A stretch of 64,000 bases of DNA from Tubulanus polymorphus. Its lineage: Eukaryota > Animalia > Nemertea. Below the pieces are notes generated by a model. That model had not been told where the DNA came from. It did not search any database and saw nothing but the letters and a program-made list of their open reading frames with translations. The stretch is taken from positions 1,116,001-1,180,000 of the forward strand of contig NC_134036.1 in NCBI RefSeq assembly GCF_964204645.1, given 5' to 3'. Positions 1-41,800 of the stretch are shown here, piece after piece; the first letter of the stretch is position 1, and every line of letters begins with the position of its first letter. The translations under genes were made by a program, and so were the position numbers.

Positions 1-3000
1 TTAGTCCATCGTGTTTCTTCACGATCACCTCGTAACCGCTGCAATTCACAGAAAATATTTTTCTTTTAAATCACGCGTTATTTGTGGATAAAGGTTTTTA
101 GGACACTTACGTAATGTTACCAGTGTTAACACGTGTTATTCGAAGTGTAACAGTCGTGTTTGTTATCGCTGTCTTCTTGACAACCAGTTGAGGAATTGTA
201 ATTTTACCTGAAATATCAGCAATAGAACTACTGTCTGTCACACCTGCTCTTCGTGCGACGTTTTGATCCGTAATTTCGTTAATAATCGGTTGATCTGTAA
301 ATATTATGCATCAATATGTTCAGTAGGGAATTTGCATTCAGAAATAAAACATTAACTGGCATAAATTTGTTTGTGTTTTCATCCATCAGCGATAGTTTAC
401 CCAGCATACGCTCGCGTAATGCTGAAAAACGGCTTTTATGGCCCGTCACGTGGCGCCACCTACTGTATTTTGATATGCTAATGAGCAGGTGATGACGTCA
501 CTGTAACGTTTCCGAGCGTCGAGCGGGTTTTTCAGCATTACGCGAGCGTATGCTGAGTAAACTATCGCTGATAAATGAAAACAAAAACAACTTTAGTGAA
601 AATTGTTGTTTATTTCTGAATGCAAATTCCTCACTGAACGAATTGATGCTTAATAAAGGTAGATAAACCGATTATTAACGAAATTAAGGACCAAAACGTC
701 GCACGGAGAGTAGGTGTGACAGACAGTAGTAACACGTGTCAATACATACTTGAGTTTGCTGTGTTCTGATTTGTTATAACTACGAGCAATTATCTATAAC
801 CATTAGATAATTGCTCGTAGGTTAAAACGACTTACCCTTTGTGCAAAAGCTTACACTGTTGGGGCAAAGATTGAACAATTTACTGGTTGTAGGTCAGTTT
901 AATTGATTGTAAGGAAATACTTTTGTTGGAAGCGTCCGAACATAATGGACTGCTCAATTTCTATCGACATAAATTCGGTTTCAAAATTACTGAGCAGCGG
1001 ACGGATTTGAGCATAGAATTCATTGAGGGTTTACCGACTTAATCTACTGTAGTTTTCTTAATTCAAAGTTTTCGGAGGTTTATTCCGAATTTGTAACACG
1101 GAATTAACAGGTTATTCAATTAAAGGTGATTTTGGGAGGTTTATCCTCGAAATTGTCTTCAAATAATAGGTATGTCCCTAGGGCCCTTCCATACATCTTG
1201 TGTTTGAATTGATGATTAAGAATTTATTAGCTCGAGGGGTTTTACCTGCACATATAGTTAGTATTGGACTAGTCAGACTCGTAGTTGATATAAGTTGACC
1301 GTTCCCTATTTTCTGTAGTCTAACAGCTATCTTATACCCGGTATAAGGAGTTAAACCAGTAATTGTGTGATGTGTAAGGCCTCCTGCAGAGACCTGATTA
1401 GTCCAAGTGTTTTCTGATATCTTACGATAAACGACTTGATACTGAAAGCTGACAGTACCACGTCCTGAATCTACCACAGAACCCGAGTAAGCTGTCCAAC
1501 TGACTCTTACACTGTTATCTGTCAGTGCAGATTTTCGTAATTGAGAAAACAACTTCAATTCTGAAAAAGGAAATTGGTTTGTATTGAAGAATATTTTACT
1601 TTCGGTCATTTTCGATTCATATTGGTTACTCTATTTAGGTAGTTGGAGTGAGATTCCTAGGAATCTATGATTCAGTGTAATATACCTGACTCGCACCACT
1701 TTCCGATGTAATTCTGTGAACAGCCAGATTCACAGATACCACTCAAATAGTTACACCTTTCATTGTTGTAACATCTACATTCAATCATACATCCAAATGA
1801 GTTCGATCCCTTACTGCAACCATCGGGCGCTAAAAAAAAAGAACAAGGAAATCTAAAAGTGATACGGAAAACTATTATTTTCGTGTCCATTTTTCTAATT
1901 TTCGATCTTTGGGAGGTTAATTCTTATTAGTCTCTCAATATTTTTGAATCAATCTCTTTATACCGATAACAGAAAAAAGGAAAAGCAGATACGAAAGACT
2001 GTTATTTTCATCTCAAAAATGTCAATTTCGTTCAGTAAATTCTTATTACAACTCACTCAATATTTTTGAATCTATATTTTATAAAATCCGTTTAATGTGT
2101 ATTTTATAATCAATTTCACTCCTTTACAATTTTACAAAGATTTAAAAAACTTACCGATATATTTGAACCCGATAACTTCTATTTCTGCCAGGCCGAGATA
2201 CTCTGCCTTACCAATGTTCTTGTGTTGAATGGTGACGTATTGTCCAACTATAGGACCCGGACTGCATGCTGATGTGTTATGTTTACCACAGAGAGTGGGG
2301 CCCTGGTAAGTACATTTTTGGTTAGATGTAGAAATGCTTGTTTTTTGGCTATATTCATTTCCAACTCGAATCTCCAGGTGGCGTGCGCGTTTTTCTGAGA
2401 AAATAAATATGAAGCTTTGAAATATCACAGTTAACTCCGTGAAAAAAAAAAAATTATGCACGAAATCAGGGAAGTTGAAGAGAGGATTTCGTCGATTCAT
2501 GTTCTATAGAAAAAGGAGTAAGAACCCAGAGTTCGGTAGAGTTCAATTTTTTTCAACTCGACTTATAGTCTTTAGAGTTGAAAGTTAAATTTGACCAAAA
2601 ATAATCAATGATATTAACAATACTGTGTGTACTCACGCCACTCGGCGGTGCAATTAGTCGCGTCTGTTCTATCCCAAAGTGTAACTTCGCGTACCACGTA
2701 TTGAGTTCCGAGATCAATTCTAATCCAGGCGTTTTGATCCTCGTCAGTGTGGCATCGATTACCATAAGTTACCGTTTGACCATCTGTACAATTCCTACCG
2801 CGATACCTACCGGGTATCCACCTATTGTAAGAGGATGACATTGTAACTGGTTTACCACGAGCCACGTTACCTACAAAACACATTTTGTGTATGATAGATT
2901 TCATGATTTTTCACGACATACATTACGCATAATTGATTCAAATACATCGTTACGTTATTTGTAAAACATTTTTCTTACGCGATGAAATAATTAGAGTTTA

Positions 3001-3980
3001 TCTCAGTTTGTTGAGTTTCGGAATGTGTCGATATTTTTACCCATAAGATTTTTGTTTCTGTATAAGGATTAGTGAAATAAATCCGTTAATCTGAGATAAA
3101 TCCAATGAAATCAACATCATTCATTCCTCTTTCTTTTTAATCTATATTTGTAAAGGCTTCGAGATAAGCCACTTTACATGACGGATTAGTGGAGTTAATC
3201 CGTTAATCTGGGATAAATCGGAGGTTCAGTGATATTTGACCTGACCCCGGTTTACTGGCCCAGAAACAGTTGATACAGAAGACATAGCAAATTGTTGTTT
3301 TGTCAGTGGTGTTTGTAAAGTAATTAGTCCTCACTATCTTTCTTTATGGCATGTTGTTGCTCAAACTGAGCAGCAATTGTTTCGGTCGTAAGCGTGACAA
3401 TAAATATAGAGATTTTATCAAAACTGAACGGTTTTTGCTGACAGCCTGGAAAGTTCTAGTTACTATAAAAACTTACCGATTTGACAAGCTGGTCCGGTCC
3501 ATCCTGGTGGTGTCCAGGGATATGGAGTTTTTATTGAAGACTCACATGCAGTGTTAGGATTTGGACACGCTAAAGCGCCATCTATATTCTGACCCTTTAT
3601 TGGACATATGTCCACTGCTGTATTACTGCAATGACACTCCCAACCAGAACAACTCTTCCCAAAACATTTTGCTGAAAGAACAAAAAAGAACTAAAAAAGA
3701 GCTCTTTCCACCCCCGAAAATTGAAATTTGAATCCTGACAGTGACAGAGTTTCTTTCTGTGGTTCTTCTCTAAACTCTCCACCCCCGACGAATGGCTTGA
3801 ACCCTGATGGCACCTTTCTAGGCTTTACTTTAGGGTCTGTTATCACAACAGATTAATAATTTCTACGTTTTAACAGCTCTGGAACCAATGAGTATTTATT
3901 AACTCACCTGATGTGTTTGTGATGAATAAACATAGAATCAACATCAGCAAAAAACGAACGATGTTTCTTTCACGATACAT
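1..3980 (-). CDS. Cell-surface receptor-like protein, 5' part only (signal peptide - EGF-like - F-type/fucolectin domain - EGF-like - FN3 - start of a further FN3-like unit); continues off the left edge, possibly a receptor PTP or Tie-like RTK
   Basis: GT-AG exons in one frame: 3980-3908 (MYRERNIVRFLLMLILCLFITNTS, signal peptide), 3671-3477 (Cys-rich, ends WTGPACQIG), 2870-2637 + 2394-2155 (NVARGKPVTMSS...CHT...WIRIDLG...V.LWDRTD...LEIRVG...GQYVTI...LAEIEV = F-type lectin), 1829-1686 (FGCMIECRC...C...GIC..GC...YIGKWC), 1560-1246 (FN3: SVRVSW...YQVVY...TITGLTPYTGYKIAV), 207-111 and 38-1 (TTVTLRITRVNTGNITGYEVIVKK). Mostly phase-1 introns. The intracellular domain is not in the window, so receptor class is inference. 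Confidence 0.8.
229..728. mobile_element. MITE with ~200-bp terminal inverted repeats, TA-flanked (Tc1/mariner-like)
   Basis: TA-CTGTCTGTCACACC...(231-430) is mirrored by ...GGTGTGACAGACAG-TA (527-728). The ~100-bp core is non-coding. Confidence 0.85.
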
Positions 3981-5290
3981 TTTGTTTTTCTGAATGACGC
4001 TATATGTCACTCAATTATTTATATCCATGTGCTTACTTCCTTCGAATTTTTGAAATCATTTTAAGGAAGTTCTCACAACGTTCATAATTGCTAGTTTATT
4101 TTGTTCTGAGGGCTGAGGGGGTAGAGGTATAGGGAAGGTGGACGGAACAGGTCATCAAGGGTCATAGTTACCCGGTAGGTGTTTTATAAAAAAAAAAACA
4201 AGAAAACAAATCTTTGAAAAGTAAAAAGAAAAATTATCAAAACAAGAAAAATACACAGTTTAATTGATGTTCTTACTAAACACTAGACTGGACGCCCCTT
4301 TCATGTAAATGAGACAAACCATTGATTTTTTCCCGTATCACACAAAATAGGAATTAAGATAAACACATAACACATATAAAATACAAAAGACGTGTAAATA
4401 ATAATCTAATAATCATGTATAGAAATAATCTAGTTTTTCTCATTTTTCATTTATTTGTAAAAGCTATCAAAATGTATATATGCTTAAAGACCCACCCCAC
4501 GCGTTTAACCTTCATTTACTATGCGCAAATACTTTATTCATTTATTTTAGAAATAAAATGCAACAATGTGACAATCAATACACAATTTTGTAATATATAA
4601 ATCTGGGGTTTCAGGTAAATTAAACAGTAAATGAATCGAAACCCAAAAAAGGAATTTAAGTTATAAAATGTAGTATTTCTTTTCCAGTTTTGTGAATATC
4701 TGAATACAACCCAGTTCTACGTAAATATAAACTGGATCAACAACGGATCGAGGATATCAGGATTTATGAAGTATCCATGTGATTAATGATCAATGAAGTG
4801 GATCCATGTCAGTAGTGTTAACAAGGTTAGAATAGTTTGATAGATTCTTAAGTTTCAGTTTATTTACTCCACAAATTATGATAACATTGCAGAGCACAAA
4901 AATAACAAAATATTTCGTTCTAGTAAATAGCTTTCTAGGTCATTTAAAAAGATAGAAAATAATATAGGAGATACTATGGTTATATAACGACCACGATTGA
5001 AACCTTTTCTTAATCAGGGTCCTATGAAAATAATGATTAATAGGTTTGTAACACGTTAAGATTTGACGCAAACTCATTAACTCTTCAGAAACTATCGACC
5101 TTGATCCGGATTCGCGACTAACCATGACATATTCCAGAATGACTAATAAATCAAATACATTAACCACAAAATTTCCATAATTTTCCTCGATAAAACTATA
5201 GATAAAAAACATCCGCTTTATAAGCGATAAAATCCCACAATTTAACAAGGAAGAAATATCGAGTCCAAAAGTTTTTAATCTTCGGGAGAT

Positions 5291-5388
5291 CCCGGAGGGG
5301 ACATGGTGAGAAATAAATAAATATATTTTTCGTTCAAACGAAATGTTTAAAAAAAAAATATTTATTTCTCACCATGTCCCCTCCGGGG
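5291..5388. mobile_element. Small inverted-repeat element (MITE)
   Basis: CCCGGAGGGGACATGGTGAGAAATAAATA ... TATTTATTTCTCACCATGTCCCCTCCGGG inverted pair around an AT-rich spacer. Confidence 0.7.
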
Positions 5389-5421
5389 CTCCGTATTAAT
5401 CATACTAATAGCCATCACCAC

Positions 5422-5519
5422 GACCAAGTTCCACAGTTGTGAGTTCGAGTTCAAGTTAGTTCATTTTCAATAAGCTAAGTCAGAGATAAATCTTAACTCA
5501 CAACTGTGGAACTGGACCC
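5422..5519. mobile_element. MITE family 'CCAGTTCCACAGTTGTGAGTT' (Harbinger-like); related copies or tandemised termini at ~11010-11210, 26990-27150, 34561-34670, 51160-51340, 52545-52690
   Basis: AGTTCCACAGTTGTGAGTT ... AACTCACAACTGTGGAACTGGACCC inverted termini; the ACTGTGGAACTGG core recurs at the listed sites. Confidence 0.65.
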
Positions 5520-5879
5520 AGGAGAATAGATATCAGAGTCGTAACGTCAAATAGAATACGTACCAACTCAAGGAGACATTTTCGGACTTCTAGTCTCCGT
5601 CCCCGGCGACTGCCGTGCATTTTCCGAACGGCCGGGTACCCAAGTATCACTATGGAGAAACAGTGAAACTGCCCTCAACCTCATGCCCGACGAGAACGAA
5701 CAATTCCCCGACACAAATTCATTGTTAGAAAATCGTTTTCAATAGAACGAACTTGTATTTGAGTTGTAATGTTTGAATCGTCCCCGACGGCCCGCGTCGG
5801 CATATTTTCGGTAATTAGTTCGTCCTCGACGCCAGTTAAAAGTGTCTGGCAGGCGAGTACAAAATTAGTTCCCGTTTTT

Positions 5880-5965
5880 ACCGCCGACGTTAAACATAGC
5901 GGCAGCACTGGACGGTCTAGCGGCGAGCGAGCGGTCGCTGATCCAAGATGGCGGCTCGCTGATAC
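5880..5965 (+). promoter_or_regulatory. Probable CpG-rich core promoter/TSS of the HDGFL2-like gene, head-to-head with the lectin receptor gene
   Basis: CpG-dense segment with a YY1-type motif CAAGATGGCGGC (5945-5956), ~500 nt upstream of the ATG at 6453. Confidence 0.5.
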
Positions 5966-6452
5966 TAGCTCAAAATCGAAGAATTTTTTGTCGAATTTCG
6001 CCGAAATTTGGCCCACCCCGTGACGGTATCGAAACGATACGAGTCGAATCGAGTAGAACGAGTTTATGCGCATTTATTTCACGTGAATTACAGGCCGTAA
6101 ATTGTGAAAATCGCCGCGAAATCTGCGTCGAAATTTCGATATCTGCAGCCGAATCGAAGAAGAACCGAGGATTTTTCTGATTTTGATTACGAAATCGAAT
6201 TTTTTGGGCCACTCTGGAAATCGCGCTATCGCTATTAGAACTGCTGTAAGAAGTGTCGAAACGTTTAATTGTAACTGGTTTGAACTGTAAATTAATAGAG
6301 AGGGATTAAGAAGGAGACCCCCTCACTGGAACGGTCTCTCACCCCCCGGCCTCTGATGCAGAGAATTCGTTTCAGTATACAAATAGACTTTTCTTCGCTA
6401 TTTTTCGCCGTTATTTTTAACTGCGTGGTGATAATAACGATCGGCAACGACA

Positions 6453-16371
<9,919 letters not shown>

Positions 16372-16395
16372 TTGAAACTGAAAGTTTACTCTTCG

Positions 16396-16690
16396 AGAGT
16401 CATCCTCAGACTCCTCGGGAGTCCCAGAGTCAGAGTCATCTCTGACTCCTCGGGAGTCCCAGAGTCAGAGTCATCCTCAGACTCTTCAGGAGTCCCAGAG
16501 TAATTTCTCTGCCTCTTTGGGAGTCCTGTAGTTACCTCTCTGACTCCTCAGGAGTCCTGTAGTCACCTCTCTGGGAGTCCCGGTATCATCTCCAGATTCC
16601 TCGGGAGTCCTGGTGTCTGACTGTGCGAAGTCAAGAGTCCGGAGTCTAAGTCTCAATGTGAACCTCCAGACTGCGAGAGTCATCTTTTAA
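16396..16690. repeat. Degenerate ~36-bp tandem repeat in the HDGFL2-like 3' UTR
   Basis: Recurrent GAGTCATCCTCAGACTCCTCGGGAGTCCCAGAGT with an internal GACTCC..GGAGTC inverted repeat. Confidence 0.7.
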
Positions 16691-18588
16691 GCGATCGGTG
16701 TGACTCGATGGACGATTGAATAATTGTGTGAAATGTGTAAAATACTAAATGAACTCTTTGTGCAGTTTTACGTTTTCTGTTTAAATGTGAAATTAATCGA
16801 TAATAAAATAAAAAACTGAAATAAAAAACGAATAAATGTCGCCTGAACATTGTAATAATAATCGATAGATTAATGAAATGATTGTACAGTAGATGGCGCT
16901 GATCGACTGATATCCAGTGAGAGTAGACTATCCATTGTATTTGATGTGAAAGAAAGAGTGTCGCGCGTAATTGTTTTATAGAAGAAATGAATTTGGAAAA
17001 AAAGGAAATTGTTTCGCGATGTTTAAAATTATTGACAGTAAAATAAACCGCTTTGAGTTATTGTAAACCGTATGACATGAGAAGGGAATTTCCGATGGTG
17101 TGAGTTCTGTTTGCGGCTGCCAATTCTGTTTTGTATTTGAAAAGAAAAAAAATATGTTTTACTTCGTTTGGTAAAAATCGAATTGGAAGCCTGCTTTACA
17201 AAACTGAAATATTGTATACAAAATAATAAAATAATTTCTTATTGTAAAATGTGATTTCGAGTCTGATTTTTGTGTTCAACCCGCGCCCTTTGACCTCCCA
17301 GGTGCGGAATTGGGTCTCGGAAATTTGTAGGAAAAATTTTGGTAGGACCCAAAACCTTGATTGAGTAATATTTGGAATTATTATAAATTAACATGTAATT
17401 TTCACGGTTTAACCCCAATTAAATTCGTTACCGTATAGTGCTGCCGCCTGTTCGTAGAAAAGTGAACTAGTCAATGATGATAAAATTATTCTTTACCTAA
17501 ATATTCGAATTGATTTATATCTTATCAAACGTCAGTGTTTCTAGAAATGTAAGACAAAATTTCTATGCAATAGATTTTTGTAATGCGCTTTTCACAAATG
17601 ATTAAAACAATTTAATATTTTTTTTTTTTGCACACACTAGACAAAAGGTTCAGTGTCTCCAAAATTCGTAGAAATATATTTTTGGCCTTAAAACATTTCT
17701 TTTTTCAAAATTTGTACCTTAAGACTTAAAGCTTTGCTTTAAATCTTTATTGTAAAACTTTTAGGAAGCCTTATAATCATTCTCAAATTTAATGAAAAAG
17801 CTTCTTTTTAGACTACAAATTAATTTAGAAACTAATTGCCATAAATTCAGTTTAGGGCCTAGATGGCTCGTGACTTAATTTTCAAAACAATTATTTTGCA
17901 CTTAATAGATCAAAATGCGCAGATTCTGCCGAGGACATTTCTTGGTCCTAAAATATTTCAAAGATCAATAGTTTCAGGTTTCGCCGGTAGATGGTGTAGT
18001 GGTATACGCTGATTAGGTATGCGCTAATGTATATACCGGCAGCGTTCGATCGACGCTGTTCCAATCTTCGAACCGACGCCCGCCTCTATTCATTTTTCCG
18101 AACCGAAGTGCACCCTCACAAAACCCCGAAAATCCTACGTTTTCCGGGCGAATCCGTGTTTTACGCCGCCGTTAACAATTCGCTAAGGTTCGAACCCGAG
18201 ACGCCGGATCGCTAGACACGAATTCGCGCTCGAAAACCGACCCGATTCGAGGGAGTCGGCACCATTTTGATGTCGCCTTACCACACCCAAGCTCTGACAG
18301 TAGCCCGAGTTTAACAGTAATGATTCACGAACTGTGGCGGTGAACTGGTTTAGGCATTTGGAACATCGACGCCGTGTTTACGCGGGACTGGAACAGGAGT
18401 AGAACTATCGAAAAACAAGGCGCTCCGACCCGGGTCTACACGAGATAGCGCCTCGACCGTGTGTGTGGATTTTACTATACATATATATATACATATATAC
18501 TGCCGCCGCCGACAGTAGGTATCAGCTCGGGGTACCCCTAGCTGAAATACAGTACGCATACTCACCACACACACAGCGCAGTGTGTGA

Positions 18589-38324
<19,736 letters not shown>

Positions 38325-38795
38325 TCGGCTGTCGGTACTACGCGAGCCACCACCAGGCGTCGCCGGTGTCTAACACTACTACCACGTCGTTATAGCAACC
38401 GTGCGTGTTTATATCAAAAAAAATCTTTATCAAGTGTCCTTGACCTCTTCATGTGTTTTGTTATAATCACGCGGGCGGTCGGACGAAATAACGCAACGAC
38501 ACACACACACACGGACGCCATTGTCGCCGTTGGCAACGCGCGCACGTTAACCAAAATATAAAACGATGCATTGTTGTTGTTGTAGTCGCGACTGACGGAC
38601 GAAGAGGAAAATGGTGATGATGATGATGATGATGATGATATATAAATCGTATTTTACGAGATGGTGATGATGACGATGATGACACATCTCAGTTGTTGTT
38701 ATTTTTTTTCTTTGTTAAGCGTGTCGCCGTGGTTACTCGCGCGTACTCTATTTATAACTTACCGCATTGTTGCGCTGTTCATGCGTCCAGTAACA

Positions 38796-38828
<33 letters not shown>

Positions 38829-41800
38829 GTTACTGGAGACATGAGGGCCGGTCGGTCGGGCGGGCGGCGGGGACGTATCGGCCGCCATTTTTGTAATCTA
38901 GATCTATGTCTAGTGGGTGGTACACGACGCGATCACCCGCTCGCCCCCCGCCTGCCTCCCCACACATGTGGTATCGGTTCTCTCTCTCTCTCTGTCTTCA
39001 GTTTTAATTCCCTATACGAACCGCACTCGACCACACGACAATGAATTAATTATTAATTAATAGTAATAATAATAATGTGAAACGGTAAAATATTATCATT
39101 GTTCATCTGTCATTATTGATCGTAACCGAGGGAGATGGACGGGCGCGTGGGCGGGAGGAGGGTCGCGGATTTAGCGCGCACTGACACCAGCAGGTGGCGA
39201 CACCTATATGTGAAACATCGAGCGTTGCGAAGTTCTACAGTTACAGTTCTACTTATGTTTGATTAATTCATTAATTCTGGTCCAATTGTTGTATAAGTAT
39301 CCGTAGTTACCGGCGATTGTTCATCGTGCAGCTACTGAAGGGGAATGTGCAGCTACCAGTGAACGGAGGGAAAATGTGCAGCTACCGATGAATGGAGGGG
39401 AACGCTGAAAGCTACCGATGATATTTGAATGGTTATTCATCCCGCGCGTGTCAGTAATATCCATGACAACTAGCCGTCTGTTGATCGTTATAGACGTCTG
39501 TGAACACCAGGTGTCGCCGCCGGTATTGTTGGATATGTAGTCACTAATTATTAAATCAGTGCGCGCCCGCGCGTTTGGGGGGTTCCCTCCCCCTCTCCCT
39601 GCTCCCCGCTCCCTACCCTCGGTTCCCTTCTATCGAGTCATTTATAACGACAATTTGTACATAAAAATAACCCTGTTTATAGATGGCGCTCTCTTGTTAA
39701 GTGTTGTCGCGTAAGCGTGTGAATATATTATTATTATTATGATTATTATTATCTTTTTATTTTTTGTTTTTTTTTTCCTTGTGTTTACGTGGGAAGTGAG
39801 AGAGCGGGCGAGCGACTGAAAACATGAAACATGTAAACATGAAACACAACCCTGTGAAATATTATATAACAATGTCTTAAAAAAGGCGACACGCGTTTCA
39901 AATGTCGCGTTTCGTTGGTTTACGATATTTTATATATATATACATATAGATAATTCAGTCAATGAATATTAATTGAGCTTTAAAGAAACGAAAAGTTCTT
40001 ACATGCTATATATAGCACGGGGTTTTTTTTTGGGGAGGGAGGGGGGTCGGAACGGGTTAGACATTGTCGAAAAATTAGTTACGAAATCTGTGTCAAAATG
40101 ATGTGAATGTTTCGTTAATTCTCTGTATAAAAAAAAGATTGGTGAAAATTTTGTTTTTTTGAAATTCAGTCCGTTTTATGTGTGCGTTTTTAAAACTGAA
40201 TTTTGCGATGCCAGTTAACGGATATATTAGACTGATATATAATTGTAATTGTACGTAGGGCTGTTCCGGGGACGGGCTAAACGAGACTGAAACGTTTCTC
40301 ATTTTGGCAAAAACTGTAATCAGAAACTTACTGTTGGCTCTTGTGCGCGCGAGTGCGCGGAAATTACGAAATATTTCCTCCCTAGAAATCTTAGCGAAAA
40401 ATTTATGAATATAATTGGACGCTGTTTAGCACGGTTTTTCCGGGAAATGTGACGTATCAGTTTGAAAAACGATTTCTCACGAAACTCAAAATCAAGATTT
40501 GACGACGGAATAATTTGAAAAGTGCGTTTGTTATAAGTTTACGAGAGTGAGTGCTTTGTAATAATCATATACATGTATAGATATACGTGAGCGTCGAGGG
40601 GAACCTGTGGCGCCCTCTTTTCTGCGTAAGAGAAACAAATAGTCCATTCGACAAACGGGGAGGGTGCCGATTCAGAAGAAAAACAACAGTTTTACGAATA
40701 TTTGTATTATTTTGAATTCGGATAGATAATAGTTGTAGTGGGCGGGGCTAGCGTGTTTGTGGGTGTGTCTTTAAACCTGTCAATCATATATCATTTCGAT
40801 TTTCGTTATTTTCGCCGACGATAAATTACAACAACAACAACAACAATCGTAACTAACGACCGCAACCGAGCGAGCGTGTTGCCGTCACGTTTATTTCAAC
40901 AATGAAACCCCCGATGATTTTTACGTTGCGAGGTATTTTTGGTGTTGTGTTCGTCAGTGTGTCTAGTGTTTGTCGTCATGTTTTAATCATTCGCGCGCCC
41001 ACGCGGCGTGCGTTGTCATGGTGATGATTGTGGCGCGTTTAAAAAATAATATCGAGACCAATGAATATTTAGTAACGATGTTTATTAGTGAAGTTGATAA
41101 GTGGCGACATGGCGCGTTGTCGTTGGGCTACGTGGTGCATTGTTATAGCGCTACATGGCGTAGTGTTGCATGTGGCGCGTCCTCATAGCACCGTAACCGA
41201 TAAAGTTTTATAAATAGCGCCCGACTTGAAACGTAGACCTATCTTATTCACTCGTGTACAGGAACAACCTAATTGCTCGTTATTACAAATTCGTTAATTA
41301 ATTAAATATCAATTAATTGACGCCGCCGCCTATTGGCCGGCGGACGAACTGATGAGCACGGGTGGCGTGTATATCGTTTATGGCTGTGAAATTGATCGCG
41401 TGCGCACGAAGTACGTGATCGTATACGGCCAGAAGATGGCGCCGTTGATCACCGTACGCGCGAGAAAAAATAACAATGACAATAATGCTAAACGTCGTTG
41501 GTTACCGTATATATGCATATTCGCTCTGCGTGCCTACGTGTGTTCGTTTTACACCAGGGGGCGCTGTGTGCATTGATTCGTCATCTCGTAATTTACGATT
41601 GAAATTATTCGCTCTTTTTCCTCGTTTGAAAGATTTTGTAAATGATGTTTAGAATTTTAAGAATTTTGTTTTCATTTTGTTTTTTTTTTTTTTTCATTCC
41701 TTAATCATCATCTCTGTTGTGTATTAATCTTTAGCGATCGCTTAGAAAATGTGAAGTCGAATTTTGATTGAGCTGCCATAGTGGTCGTGTTGAAAAAGAG

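Noticed and set aside
836-960. Possible extra minus-strand exon (AG at 962-961, GTAAGT donor at 835-830) with a faint FN3-like SNKSISLQ
   Set aside because: Stops in all three frames and phase mismatch; at most a decayed pseudo-exon.
5681-6212. 130-aa and 80-aa minus-strand ORFs in the promoter region
   Set aside because: No recognisable domain or splice structure; typical of GC-rich promoter/5' UTR sequence.
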